NCBI GenBank assembly: GCA_963826115.1
Contig: CAWGVS010000005.1
Coordinates: forward strand, 1,376,001 to 1,440,000
DNA length: 64,000 nt
From: an uncultured Candidatus Rokubacteria bacterium
GTDB taxonomy: Bacteria > Methylomirabilota > Methylomirabilia > Rokubacteriales > DASRDR01
Direction: 5' to 3'
The notes beneath the pieces were generated by a model. That model was not told the DNA's origin. It saw only the letters and a list, made by a program, of their open reading frames with translations, and did not search any database. Positions 29,374-38,927 of the stretch are shown here, piece after piece. How positions within the stretch are numbered: position 1 is the stretch's first letter; every line of letters starts with the position of its first letter. Position numbers and translations under genes: made by a program.

Positions 29374-30012
29374 TCAGGCCCTCGCCGTCTCGGGACGCGC
29401 GGCGCTGGACGCGAGCCCCACCGCGGCGGCCCCCAGCGCGAGTAGCGTCAGCCCGACTCCCAGGACGATGGCCCGCGTGCCAAAGTGGGCGATGAGAACG
29501 AACCCCGTCAGGAAGGCTCCGCCCAGGCTGCCCAGGGTGGACGCGGCGTACATGCGCCCCACGACCGTCCCCGTGCGGTGGAGGTCCCGGAGCGCGCGCT
29601 TGACCGCAACGGGGGGAATCATCCCGAGCAGGACGCTCGGCACGAAGAAGAGAAGCGTCGTGAGGAGCACGATCCGGACGACCAGAGGGAAGCTCCGGGG
29701 CGCGATCGCGGCCGCCCCGCCCACCAGCGGGAGCACCGCGAGGCTCGCCAGGCCTCCCGCCGCGAGCAGAAGGCCGAGCGCCCGGTCCGAGCTCGTGCGG
29801 TCAGCCACAACGCCGCCAAGGTAGTTCCCGAGAGAGATCCCGGCGAGCACTACTCCGATGACGCTCGTCCAGGTGTGGATGGACACGCCGACGAACGGCG
29901 CCAGGATGCGTCCGGCCACCAGCTCGAGCACCAGCGTGCACCCGCTCGCGAGCACGACCATGAGGTAGAGCGCCCACGGCCGCGCGCGACTGCCGGGGCC
30001 CGCCGCGGTCAC
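29374..30012 (-). CDS. Stand-alone membrane domain of the fused MFS/spermidine-synthase family (no catalytic domain)
   Basis: About 212 aa highly similar to the N-terminus of 26697..28238 ([42 protein letters not shown]). Confidence 0.8.
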   Translation of the reverse strand: MTAAGPGSRARPWALYLMVVLASGCTLVLELVAGRILAPFVGVSIHTWTSVIGVVLAGISLGNYLGGVVADRTSSDRALGLLLAAGGLASLAVLPLVGGAAAIAPRSFPLVVRIVLLTTLLFFVPSVLLGMIPPVAVKRALRDLHRTGTVVGRMYAASTLGSLGGAFLTGFVLIAHFGTRAIVLGVGLTLLALGAAAVGLASSAARPETARA

Positions 30013-31481
30013 CAGACGAGGATCACGTAGCCGGGACCGCCCGGGGATCCGGGCCGTCCCGCGTCGCCGCCCGTGCCGCCGGCGCCGGCCCGCGGCGGCG
30101 GATCGACGCTCCCGCGCGCCGCGGCACCGCTGGTGCCGCCCCGACCCGGCGAAAGGCACGTCGACGGCGACAGGGCCGCGGGTCGGCAGGTCTCGCCGGA
30201 CGCCCCCTCGCTCCCGTCCCGTCCGATGCCGAGCGATGCCTCCGCGCGACCGCCGCCACCGCCAGTCCCCGGCGCGCCGTCGGGGCGGGCAGGGCGGCCA
30301 CCCTGCCCCGGACGCACCGACAGGAGAACGGTGCCCGTCGTGGTGTCGCGGAACTGTGTCTCACGCCCGTCGCCGCCACCGCTCGGATCCGGCAGGCCGC
30401 CGTCGCCCACGATCAGGTCGTATGCCGTGCCCGGCACGACCACCAGGACGGCCCGCTGGTACGCGCCCGCCCCGCCTCCGCCACCACCACCCTGGGCACC
30501 GGGGGACCCGGGGCCGCCGGCTCCGCCGGCACCCCACGCCTCCACCATCACGCGGGTCACGCCGGAGGGCGCCGTCCACACCCCGCTCGCGCGGTACTCG
30601 CGCAGACCGCCCACGGACGCGGGCACGACCGCGGCCGCCACGGCCGGCGATGCGGGGCTCGCCCCGGTCGCCTGCGCGCCTGCAGGTCCCGCGGTCCCTC
30701 GGGGACCTGCCGGGCCCGCTGGTCCCACCGGTCCCGCCACTCCCGGGACCCCGATGGCGCCCGGCGGACCCGCGGGCCCGACGGGACCCACGGGGCCGGG
30801 CAGGCCCGGGGGCCCCGCGGGACCCCGCTCACCGGACGCGCCCGGCGGGCCGGGCGGACCGGGCGGGCCCGCGGCGCCGGTCCCCCGGAGCGTGATCTCG
30901 AGATCCGGCTCGTGGCTGGTGGCCGCGTTTTCCTTGCTGTCGAATTCAACGGCCACGCCTGCCGCGTTCGGCACGAGCACGAGCCCGTTGTTCTCGAGCG
31001 TCCGATCGAGCCACTCCTGGACCAGCTCGGTCACGTCCACGACGAGGAAGCGATTCCGGTCCCTCGAGGAGACGGGAATGCCCAGCAGCTCGTCCCGGCC
31101 CCGGCCCGGCGCGTTCGCCGCCGTCACCGAATCCTCGCTCCAGCCTCCACGCACCGAGTGCGCGTCGATCATCCCGCCGCGCGTGACCTTGCTGACCCAC
31201 AGTCGGAGGACGGCGCGGGAGACGTCGGCGCCGCGCGTGCCGGCAGGCAACGTGGTCAGATCGAAGCGGACGTACGTCTGGGCGGCCCCCGGCCCCGGAC
31301 CCTGAACGAGGAGGCTCGGCGCCGAACCGAAGTTCGTCGACCGCGCGGACTGCAGCGTGTGCGCATCGTCGCTGAGACGCGCCATGACCGCGCCGGCCGG
31401 CGCGGGCAGCGCGGCAAGAATCACGGCCGCGGCCGAACAGGCGCTCGCGACGCGCAGGGTGCTCCACCTGGCAACTCGCAA
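30009..31481 (-). CDS. Secreted collagen-like protein: DNRLRE-like domain, Gly-X-Y helix, Gly-rich C-terminal domain
   Basis: Signal-like [13 protein letters not shown]; YVRFDL..LP, DVTELVQ.W, FDSKEN; 23 Gly-X-Y triplets; [21 protein letters not shown] and [10 protein letters not shown]; TTG start with GAGGAGG RBS. Confidence 0.82.
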   Translation of the reverse strand: MRVARWSTLRVASACSAAAVILAALPAPAGAVMARLSDDAHTLQSARSTNFGSAPSLLVQGPGPGAAQTYVRFDLTTLPAGTRGADVSRAVLRLWVSKVTRGGMIDAHSVRGGWSEDSVTAANAPGRGRDELLGIPVSSRDRNRFLVVDVTELVQEWLDRTLENNGLVLVPNAAGVAVEFDSKENAATSHEPDLEITLRGTGAAGPPGPPGPPGASGERGPAGPPGLPGPVGPVGPAGPPGAIGVPGVAGPVGPAGPAGPRGTAGPAGAQATGASPASPAVAAAVVPASVGGLREYRASGVWTAPSGVTRVMVEAWGAGGAGGPGSPGAQGGGGGGGAGAYQRAVLVVVPGTAYDLIVGDGGLPDPSGGGDGRETQFRDTTTGTVLLSVRPGQGGRPARPDGAPGTGGGGGRAEASLGIGRDGSEGASGETCRPAALSPSTCLSPGRGGTSGAAARGSVDPPPRAGAGGTGGDAGRPGSPGGPGYVILVW

Positions 31482-31546
31482 ACAGGGTCCTCCTCGACGG
31501 TGGCTCGTCCCGGGGAACGTCCCGGCAGCGTGGCAGCTCACGGGGC

Positions 31547-31575
31547 AGGATATGGCACGATCCGGGGCCTGGCAA
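31547..31575 (-). promoter_or_regulatory. Putative sigma70 promoter for the collagen-like operon
   Basis: TTGCCA-N17-TATCCT on the minus strand, about 65 nt upstream of the start. Confidence 0.5.
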
Positions 31576-31689
31576 CCGCGCGCGGTCCCCCGAACGCCCG
31601 CGCGGCTCGGCCGACGCGCCCTCGACCCCGTGTTAGGCTGCCACGTGGGGCGGCCGGTCCTCCGATGGTCCGCCGCCCGAGGGGGACGC

Positions 31690-32451
31690 ATGAGGTTCCG
31701 TGACAGGGTGGCGCTCGTGACCGGCGCCGGCTCCGGGATCGGCCGGGCCACGGCCATCCTCTTCGCACAGGAGGGCGCGCGGGTCGCGGTCGTCGATCTC
31801 CGCGAAGGGAGCGCCAAGGAGACGGCGGAAGCGATCGAGCGGAGCGGGGGCCAGGCACTCGCGCTGCGCGCGGACGTGAGCCGCGGGGCGGACAACGAGG
31901 CCGCGGTCGCCGCGACGGTGGCCCGCTGGGGGCGGCTCGACGTCTTCTACGCGAACGCCGGAGTCCCCCAGTCGCCGACGCCGATCGAGGACGTCGACGA
32001 GGCGACCTTCGACCTCATCATGGCGGTGAACGTGCGCGGCGTGTTCCTGGGGGCCAAGCACGTGGCCCCCGTGATGAAGCGTCAGCGCGCCGGCGTCATC
32101 CTCGTGACCGCCTCGACCTCCGCCATCCGCCCCCGGCCTGGCGTCCAGTCGTACTCGGCCTCGAAGGGCGCCGTCGTCGCCCTCACGAAAAGCCTCGCCC
32201 TCGAGCTCGCCCCGTTCGGGGTGCGGGCCGTGGCGATCGCCCCGGTGGCCACGGAGACGCCGATGCTGCCGCGGTTCTCCGGCAAGGAGCACGTGGACGA
32301 CAGCCTCATGAGGAAGTACCTGCCCACGATCCCCCTCGGGCGGCTCAACCAGCCGGAGGACGTGGCGCGGACCGCGCTGTTCCTGGCCTCCGACGACGCC
32401 GCGATGATCACCGGCGCCTGCGTCGAGGTGGACGGGGGCCGCTGCATCTGA
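31690..32451 (+). CDS. Short-chain dehydrogenase/reductase (SDR)
   Basis: [22 protein letters not shown]. Confidence 0.93.
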   Translation: MRFRDRVALVTGAGSGIGRATAILFAQEGARVAVVDLREGSAKETAEAIERSGGQALALRADVSRGADNEAAVAATVARWGRLDVFYANAGVPQSPTPIEDVDEATFDLIMAVNVRGVFLGAKHVAPVMKRQRAGVILVTASTSAIRPRPGVQSYSASKGAVVALTKSLALELAPFGVRAVAIAPVATETPMLPRFSGKEHVDDSLMRKYLPTIPLGRLNQPEDVARTALFLASDDAAMITGACVEVDGGRCI

Positions 32452-32608
32452 CCCCGGGCCCGGCACCTGGCCAGCCGTACCGGGAATGTTCGCCCGGTTA
32501 CACGCCGGCCCAGTAACCGAGTCCCCTAGAATGAGGCTCGACGACGTGTCATCAAATCCATATGTTGGATGGGGTAGTCTCAGCTATATCTCGAAGCCAT
32601 GACTGGCC

Positions 32609-32624
32609 TGGCATCCCTCTTGTA
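32609..32624 (+). promoter_or_regulatory. Sigma54-like -24/-12 element
   Basis: TGGCAT-CCCTC-TTGTA versus consensus TGGCAC-N5-TTGCA; deviates at the -12 C. Confidence 0.45.
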
Positions 32625-32645
32625 CAGCGCATGACCCGACTGGCG

Positions 32646-34073
32646 ATGCCACCACTCCGTCTCAGCCACCAGCTCGGCCTGGCCGTGGGAGGCCTCCTCC
32701 TCGTGGTCGGCTCCCTGGTCGCCTGGAACCTGGTGGTCACCCGGCAGCTGACGGAGGCCCACCGGAACCTGGTGGACTCCGGGATCCCCGCCGTCCGGCT
32801 CGAGGTCGGGCTCCTCGAGCACGTGGCCGCCCTCCGCCGGATGGAGGGCCGGTACCTCATCCTGAAGGACCCGGCCTTTCTCACGGTCTTCCGCGAACGC
32901 CTCCGGGCGGCCGTCGGCGACCTGGACCGCCTCGAGGGCCTCCTCACCACTCCGCTGGAGCAGGACCTCCTGCGCCAGGCCCGGAAGTGCCTCGAGGAGT
33001 ACCGGCAGCTCCTCGAGGGCGGCACGCTCCCCACGCCAGGCCACGTCCACCCGGCAATCGAGGTCGAGAACGTGCTCGACCGCCTCTACCAGGCGTCCGC
33101 GGCCGAGCTCCGGCGCCGCCAGGCGGCGCTCGAGACGATGGCGTCGCGGACCCAGGCGCTCGGCGCGGCAGCCCTCGTGGCGGCGGGGCTCATCGGGCTC
33201 GGCCTCGCCGCCTTCGCGGTCCTGCGGGTGACCCAGCCCCTCCACCGGCTCCGAACGGCGACCCAGGCCGTCGCCGAGCGGGAGTTCTCCGAGCCCCTCC
33301 AGATCGCCGGGCCCAGCGAGATCCGCGATCTGACGAACGCCTTCAACGGGATGGCCAAGCGGCTCGGCGAGATCGACCGGCTCAAGGACGAATTCTTCAC
33401 CGGGATCTCGCACGACCTCCGCACGCCCCTCGCCGCGATCCGCTGGTCCGCCGATCTCCTCCATGCGGGATCGCTCGGCCCGCTCACGCCGAAGCAGACG
33501 CGCCTGACCGAGACCATCCAGTCGAGCAGCCGACGCCTCCTCACCCTCGTCGGCCAGATCGTCGAGCTCGGGCGGCTCCGCGCGGGACGCCTCCGGCTCG
33601 ATCTCCGCCCGCTCGACCTCCGCATCGTGATCGGACAGGCGATCGAGGAGGTGCGTCCCCTCGCCGATCGCGGCCAGCTCCGGCTCGACGTGGACATCGA
33701 TGATCTCCCGCCGGTCACCGCCGACGCAGACCGAGTCCAGGAAATCGTGGTCAACCTCCTGGCCAACGCGGTGAGCTTCACGCCGCCCGGTGGCCGCGTC
33801 CTCGTCAGCGTCGCCGCAGCACCGGACGAGGTGACGGTCCAGGTGGAGGACACCGGGGTCGGGATCCCCGCGGACCTCCTGGCCCGGATCTTCGAGCCCT
33901 ACGAGCAGGCACATCCGGGCAAGGGCGGGAGCGGCGTCGGCCTGATGATGGTGCGGGGGCTGGTCGAGGCGCACGGGGGGCGCGTGTGGGCCGAGTCCGA
34001 GGAAGGCCGGGGGAGCCGCTTCACCTTCACGCTTCCCGTGAAGGCGCCCCTGACGCGGGACGCGCTCACGTGA
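32646..34073 (+). CDS. Membrane sensor histidine kinase with HAMP domain (QseE/GlrK-like)
   Basis: Two TM helices, HAMP (GPSEI..L..AFN.M), SHDLRTPL H-box, NLLANA, DTG.GI, G.G.GL; start could be 32631. Confidence 0.92.
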   Translation: MPPLRLSHQLGLAVGGLLLVVGSLVAWNLVVTRQLTEAHRNLVDSGIPAVRLEVGLLEHVAALRRMEGRYLILKDPAFLTVFRERLRAAVGDLDRLEGLLTTPLEQDLLRQARKCLEEYRQLLEGGTLPTPGHVHPAIEVENVLDRLYQASAAELRRRQAALETMASRTQALGAAALVAAGLIGLGLAAFAVLRVTQPLHRLRTATQAVAEREFSEPLQIAGPSEIRDLTNAFNGMAKRLGEIDRLKDEFFTGISHDLRTPLAAIRWSADLLHAGSLGPLTPKQTRLTETIQSSSRRLLTLVGQIVELGRLRAGRLRLDLRPLDLRIVIGQAIEEVRPLADRGQLRLDVDIDDLPPVTADADRVQEIVVNLLANAVSFTPPGGRVLVSVAAAPDEVTVQVEDTGVGIPADLLARIFEPYEQAHPGKGGSGVGLMMVRGLVEAHGGRVWAESEEGRGSRFTFTLPVKAPLTRDALT

Positions 34074-34714
34074 GGGGCTGGCGCGTGGTTCCCCTGCTGC
34101 TGTTGCTCCTGTCCGCCTGCATGGGGCGGCAACAGGCCCCACGCGCCCTGCCGCCACCCGACGACGCGGATCGGGTGGTGAAGCTCGCCGAGACCCAGGC
34201 GGTGAGCGGCTCGCACACCGAGGCCGTGCGGCTCTTCGAAGAGGTCGCCCGCGACCCGACGTCGCCGTTCGTGGACCGGGCGCTCCTCGGGCTCACCCGG
34301 ACGCTGTGCCAGCCGGAGTACGCCGGGCGCGACTACAATCACGCCTTCGCCGTCGCCGACCGCCTGGTGCAGGACTACCCCGACTCGCCGTACGCGAGCG
34401 AGGGGCGCGCCTGGCGCGACCTCCTCGCCGCCTATCTCTCCACCGGGGAGGCGCTCGACCAGCGTACGCGTGACCTCGAGCAGCTCATCCGGGTCGACGT
34501 GCAGCGCACCCGCGAGCTCGAGCGGCTCAAGCGCTCCGACGCCGAGCTGGAGCGCCGGACCCGGGAGCTGGAGCGCCGCACCCAGGAGCTGGAGCGCTTG
34601 AAGCGGCTCGACCTCGAGCTCGAGAAGCGGACCCGCGAGCTCGAGCAGCGGACCCAGGAGCTGGAGCGCTTGAAGCGGCTCGACCTCGAGCTCGAGAAGC
34701 AGCGAAAGCCGTGA
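34070..34714 (+). CDS. Lipoprotein with TPR-like region and repeated C-terminal coiled coil (QseG/YfhG-like)
   Basis: Lipobox LSAC after hydrophobic run; LVQDYPDSPYA TPR-like helix; RTxELERLKRLDLELEK repeats; GTGA overlap with the kinase. Confidence 0.75.
   Translation: MRGWRVVPLLLLLLSACMGRQQAPRALPPPDDADRVVKLAETQAVSGSHTEAVRLFEEVARDPTSPFVDRALLGLTRTLCQPEYAGRDYNHAFAVADRLVQDYPDSPYASEGRAWRDLLAAYLSTGEALDQRTRDLEQLIRVDVQRTRELERLKRSDAELERRTRELERRTQELERLKRLDLELEKRTRELEQRTQELERLKRLDLELEKQRKP
34580..34700 (+). repeat. Intragenic tandem duplication (72-bp period)
   Basis: 49-nt exact copy at 34580-34628 and 34652-34700. Confidence 0.9.
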
Positions 34715-35433
34715 CCGCGCCCCGCGCGCTCTGTCACGAGGCGCCCGAGCTCCTCGAGTTCGAGGCGACGGTTCTCGACGCCCGCCCGGGACGGGTCCGG
34801 CTCTCCCGCTCAGCCTTCTATCCCGGGGGCGGCGGGCAGCCCGTCGATCGGGGCGTCCTCCGCTGGGGAGGGGGCGAGGTACCGGTCGCGCGCCTCGAGG
34901 CGGAAGGCGACGTCTTCTGGCACGTGCTCGCCGAGCCCGTGCTGGTGGACGGGTCCGTGCTCGGCGTGGTGGACGCGACGTTCCGCCGGCAGATGTGCCA
35001 GCTCCACACCGATCTCCACATCGTGAACGCGCTGGCCTTCCAGGCCTTCGACGGCGCGCTCGTCACGGGGGCCCAGATCGGCGACGACGGCACCGCGCGG
35101 CTCGATCTCGACCTCCCGGGCGCCGACAACGACCGCGTCCGGGCGCTGGAGCCCGCCATCAACGAGGCGATCCGCCAGGACCTCGCCGTGCGCCAGGTCT
35201 ACGTGCCAGTCGAGGCCGCCGGCGCCGAGCGGGGGCTCCTCCGCAGCCGCTCGGTCGCGCCCCCGCCACAGGCCGACGGGACCTACCGCGTGATCGAGAT
35301 CGCCGGGCTGGACCGCCAGGCGTGCGGTGGCACGCATCTGTCCTCGACCGGGCAGTCGCCGCCGGTGCGCATCCTCAAGGTCGACAACAAGGGGCGCCAC
35401 AACCGGCGGATCCGCATCGGCTTCGCCGGCTGA
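34711..35433 (+). CDS. alaX: Alanyl-tRNA editing protein (AlaX)
   Basis: FYPGGGGQP.D.G, HT.LH and CGGTH zinc motifs, NKG..NRR. Confidence 0.9.
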   Translation: MTAPRALCHEAPELLEFEATVLDARPGRVRLSRSAFYPGGGGQPVDRGVLRWGGGEVPVARLEAEGDVFWHVLAEPVLVDGSVLGVVDATFRRQMCQLHTDLHIVNALAFQAFDGALVTGAQIGDDGTARLDLDLPGADNDRVRALEPAINEAIRQDLAVRQVYVPVEAAGAERGLLRSRSVAPPPQADGTYRVIEIAGLDRQACGGTHLSSTGQSPPVRILKVDNKGRHNRRIRIGFAG

Positions 35434-35445
35434 CCGCGCTCCCGC

Positions 35446-36378
35446 TCAGGCGCCGAGCCGCCCTCCGCGCACTCGGGCGCGGGGGCCGGTCAGGAGCCGG
35501 CGCACGTCGGCCGCGTACGCGACCTCGCTGTCGTCCGCCGGCGCATAGCCGAGAACGCGCCGCGCGCTCTCGAGGGACCAGAAGGCGCGCGTGTTGCCGC
35601 TGATCCCGTAGACCACGAGCCACGGCACGCCGTCGGCGTTCCGGACGTCCCGGGTCTCGATCGCACGCCGGACGACCTGCCGGAGGTCGCGCGGGGACAG
35701 CCACGCGCCGAGATCCCGCTTGAAGTTGGCGAGCCCCGACGCCCCGGGGGCGACGTGCTGCTCGACGAGCTTCCCGAGGTAGCGGCGCCCCGACACGTCG
35801 CGCGGCGCGCCGATGCGGAGCAGCACTACCTCGAGCTGGCGGCCCAGGCTCCCCGACGCGTAGACGAACCCGAGCAGCTCGTACGCCGCCTTCGACCAGC
35901 CGTAGAAGTTGTCGGACAGCGGGAGGTCGTCAGGTGACACGAGGTCCTTCCGGCCGCGGTGCACCAGGGTGTGCTCGTACCAGTCGGCGGCGTGGTTCGA
36001 GCTGGCCGCCACGACGCGCCGCACCTTGGCGTCGAGCGCGCTCCGGTAGACGTTTTGGGCCATGCGGACGTTGGCGAGCTCACCGTCGAAGGTCTCGAGC
36101 GCGCCCGGATCGGCGCCCCAGACCCCCGTCGTCTTGACGTTGGGCGGCCGGTAGCCGAGGTGGAGAACGGCGTCGGCGCCACGGAAGAAGCGCGCGTAGC
36201 GGTCCCGATCCGGATGGGTGAGGTCGGCCACCTCGACGCCGGGCACCCGGCGGCCGCGCCGATCCGTCGGTCGCACGTCCACCAGCCGGAGCGCGTAGCG
36301 CCGCCGGAGGTCCGGCAGGAGCTGGGCCGCCACGTAGCCGCTCGCCCCCGTCACCAGCACGGTTTTCCGTCTCGCCAT
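35446..36378 (-). CDS. NAD(P)-dependent epimerase/dehydrogenase (uronate dehydrogenase-like)
   Basis: TGASGYVA, ASSNHA, YGWSK, W.SPRDL, YGISGN; GGAGG RBS. Confidence 0.87.
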   Translation of the reverse strand: MARRKTVLVTGASGYVAAQLLPDLRRRYALRLVDVRPTDRRGRRVPGVEVADLTHPDRDRYARFFRGADAVLHLGYRPPNVKTTGVWGADPGALETFDGELANVRMAQNVYRSALDAKVRRVVAASSNHAADWYEHTLVHRGRKDLVSPDDLPLSDNFYGWSKAAYELLGFVYASGSLGRQLEVVLLRIGAPRDVSGRRYLGKLVEQHVAPGASGLANFKRDLGAWLSPRDLRQVVRRAIETRDVRNADGVPWLVVYGISGNTRAFWSLESARRVLGYAPADDSEVAYAADVRRLLTGPRARVRGGRLGA

Positions 36379-36432
36379 GGAGTCCTCCCGTCCGGCATTC
36401 TCCCACGGGCCGCGGTGTACAATCGGCCCGTC

Positions 36433-37893
36433 ATGGCGCAGGCCGTCTTCCTCCAGACCTACGGCTGCCAGATGAACGAGCGGGACTCCGAGGAGATCCT
36501 CGGCATGCTCACCGCCCAGGGCTACGCCGTGGTCGACCGCGAGGAGGAGGCCGACGTCATCCTCCTGAACACGTGCTCGGTCCGCGCCCACGCCGAGGAG
36601 CGCGCGTTCGGGAAGATGGGCCTCATGCAGAAGCTCAAGCGCGAGCGCCCCGCTCTCGTCCTCGGCATCCTCGGCTGCATGGCCAAGGCGCAGCGCGAGG
36701 AGGTGTTCCGCCGCCTCCCGCAGGTCGACCTCGTCGCCGGGCCGGCGGAGATCTACGACCTGCCCGACCTCCTGGCGGGCGTGGCCGAGCGCAGGCAGCG
36801 CGCGGGGCTCGGCGGCGGCGCGCGCGTGCTGGCCGTCGACCGCAAGGTGCGGCCGCTCGACCGCCGACCGGCGACGGACTACCGGGCGGGCGAGGTCACG
36901 GCCTTCGTCACGATCATGGAGGGGTGCGACAAGAAGTGCGCCTACTGCATCGTGCCGACGACGCGCGGTCAGGAGGTGTCGCGGCCGCTCGACGAGATCC
37001 TCGACGAGGTCCAGCACCTGGCGCGCGCCGGCTACCGGCAGGTGACCCTGCTCGGGCAGAACGTGAACTCCTACGGCAAGCGCTTCCCCGACGGCTCGGG
37101 GTGGGTCGGTCCCGGCCGGCGACGGGCGCTCCTCCAGCTGTCGGCTCGCCCCGACGTCGCCGCGGACGCCGGCGAGGCGGATGCGAGCGGGCCCCGGCTC
37201 GTCGACTTCCCCGCCCTCCTGCGCGCGATCGACGGCAAGACCTCCATCGGCCGGGTGCGCTTCACGACCAGCCACCCGTTCGACGCCCACGAGGAGCTGT
37301 TCCAGGCGATGGCGGAGTGCCGGAGCGTCTGCGAGTTTCTCCACCTGCCGGTCCAGTCGGGCTCCGACCGCATGCTGCGCGCGATGCGCCGCGGCTACAC
37401 GGCCGAGAGCTACCTCGGGCAGATCGCCCGCCTCCGGGAGCTGGTGCCGCACGTCGCCCTGTCGACCGACATCATCGTGGGCTTCCCCGGCGAGACCGAA
37501 GCGGACTTCGAGGCGACGCAGGCGCTGATGGAACGCGTCCGCTACGACAGCGTGTTCGTCTTCAAGTACTCGCCGCGGCCCGGCACCGAGGCGTCCAGCT
37601 GGGCCGACGACGTGCCTCAGCCCGTCAAGGAGCAGCGGAACCAGGCCATCCTCGCGCTCCAGGCTCGGATCTCGCGTGAGCGGCTCGACACGTGGATCGG
37701 CCGCGAGGTCGAGGTGCTGGTCGAGGAGCGGAACCGCCGCGGCCAGCTGACGGGCAAGAGCCGCCGCAACACCACCGTCGTCCTCGAGGGCCCCGACGCG
37801 CTCATCGGGGAGCTGGTACACGTCCGGGCGAGCCGGGCCACCGACACGACCCTCGTCGGCGACCTCCTGGACCACGCCGCGCGGGTCCTGTGA
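36433..37893 (+). CDS. miaB: tRNA-2-methylthio-N6-isopentenyladenosine synthase
   Basis: TYGCQMNERDSE, NTCSVR, GCMA, EGCDKKCAYCIVP radical-SAM motif, HLPVQSGS, TRAM C-terminus. Confidence 0.96.
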   Translation: MAQAVFLQTYGCQMNERDSEEILGMLTAQGYAVVDREEEADVILLNTCSVRAHAEERAFGKMGLMQKLKRERPALVLGILGCMAKAQREEVFRRLPQVDLVAGPAEIYDLPDLLAGVAERRQRAGLGGGARVLAVDRKVRPLDRRPATDYRAGEVTAFVTIMEGCDKKCAYCIVPTTRGQEVSRPLDEILDEVQHLARAGYRQVTLLGQNVNSYGKRFPDGSGWVGPGRRRALLQLSARPDVAADAGEADASGPRLVDFPALLRAIDGKTSIGRVRFTTSHPFDAHEELFQAMAECRSVCEFLHLPVQSGSDRMLRAMRRGYTAESYLGQIARLRELVPHVALSTDIIVGFPGETEADFEATQALMERVRYDSVFVFKYSPRPGTEASSWADDVPQPVKEQRNQAILALQARISRERLDTWIGREVEVLVEERNRRGQLTGKSRRNTTVVLEGPDALIGELVHVRASRATDTTLVGDLLDHAARVL

Positions 37894-38456
37894 ACCGGCC
37901 CGGGGGCGCGCCCGCGGCGAGCCGGCTGGCGATGCCGGACTTCGTGGCCCGGATGCGGCGCCTCACCGAGCCGGTCGTGGACGCCCCGGGAATCCAGGCG
38001 TTCCTCGCCACACACCTGATCGAGCCGGCCTCGATCCAGCCCTACCTCCGCTTCACGGCCGACCGCTACACGCGGCACCTCGTGTTCAAGAGCGCCGCGG
38101 TCGAGCTCCTCGTCCTGTGCTGGGCGCGCAGGAGTCGCGCGCCGATCCACGGCCACGAGGGCGAGCTCTGCTGGGCCCGGGTCGAGCGGGGGCGCCTCCA
38201 CTTCTCGAGCTACCGGGAAGTGTCGCGGGAGCCGCTCCGCCTGGCGCCGCTGGGCGACCCGATCGACGGCGCGCCCGGCCATGTGGACGGCCCGGCCGAC
38301 ATCCACGCCGTCGAGACGGTGGGCGACGACGCGGTGAGCCTCCACGTCTACGTGAAGCCTTACGACGAGTGCGACATCTACGACGTCGCGCAGGGCGTCG
38401 TCCGGCGCGTCCGGCTCAGCTACGACTCGGTGCCGGACTCCCCGGTCGCCCCGTGA
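37890..38456 (+). CDS. Cysteine dioxygenase-like cupin
   Basis: YTRHL, LCW, PIHGH..C, IHAV, SLHVY; GTGA overlap with miaB. Confidence 0.82.
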   Translation: MNRPGGAPAASRLAMPDFVARMRRLTEPVVDAPGIQAFLATHLIEPASIQPYLRFTADRYTRHLVFKSAAVELLVLCWARRSRAPIHGHEGELCWARVERGRLHFSSYREVSREPLRLAPLGDPIDGAPGHVDGPADIHAVETVGDDAVSLHVYVKPYDECDIYDVAQGVVRRVRLSYDSVPDSPVAP

Positions 38457-38476
38457 GGGGCTGAAAGGACCAGGCC

Positions 38477-38881
38477 ATGTCGGACCGCAAATACCGTCAC
38501 CCGGGGTTCCGCGGCCAGAATCCCGGACCCCGGCCATCGGATCCGCCGCCGCGCACCGACGCACCGCGCGGCGGCATGCTCGCGTCGCGCACAGTCTCGC
38601 GCTGCGGAGCCTGCGGCGAGCTCCTGCCGATCGCGACGTCGTCGCTCGAGCAGTGCCCCAGCTGCCGGGCCGCCATCCACGCCTGCCGCCAGTGCGCGAA
38701 CTTCGACACGAGCCAGCGCTTCCAGTGCACGCAGCCCATCCCGGAGCGCATCGAGGACAAGGCCACGCGCAACGACTGCGCCTCGTTCTCGCTTCGGGTC
38801 AGCGTCGAGAAGAACGCGTCTCCCGACGGCAAGAGCGCGGCGGACATCCGCCGCGCGTTCGACAACCTGTTCAAGAAGTAG
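38477..38881 (+). CDS. Cys-rich hypothetical protein (putative zinc-binding)
   Basis: CGAC, CPSC, CRQC..FD...C...NDC..F, AFDNLFKK end; AAGGA RBS. Confidence 0.75.
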   Translation: MSDRKYRHPGFRGQNPGPRPSDPPPRTDAPRGGMLASRTVSRCGACGELLPIATSSLEQCPSCRAAIHACRQCANFDTSQRFQCTQPIPERIEDKATRNDCASFSLRVSVEKNASPDGKSAADIRRAFDNLFKK

Positions 38882-38927
38882 CCGGCGGCCTCGAGAGCCG
38901 GTTAGCGAAACCCCCAGAGGGGCTGCC

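Noticed and set aside
31553-31570. TGGCAC sigma54-like -24 box upstream of the SDR gene
   Set aside because: No TTGC at the -12 position; the sequence fits better as the spacer of a minus-strand sigma70 promoter.
37081-37200. Intein in miaB
   Set aside because: Too short and lacks N-terminal Cys/Ser and C-terminal His-Asn signatures.
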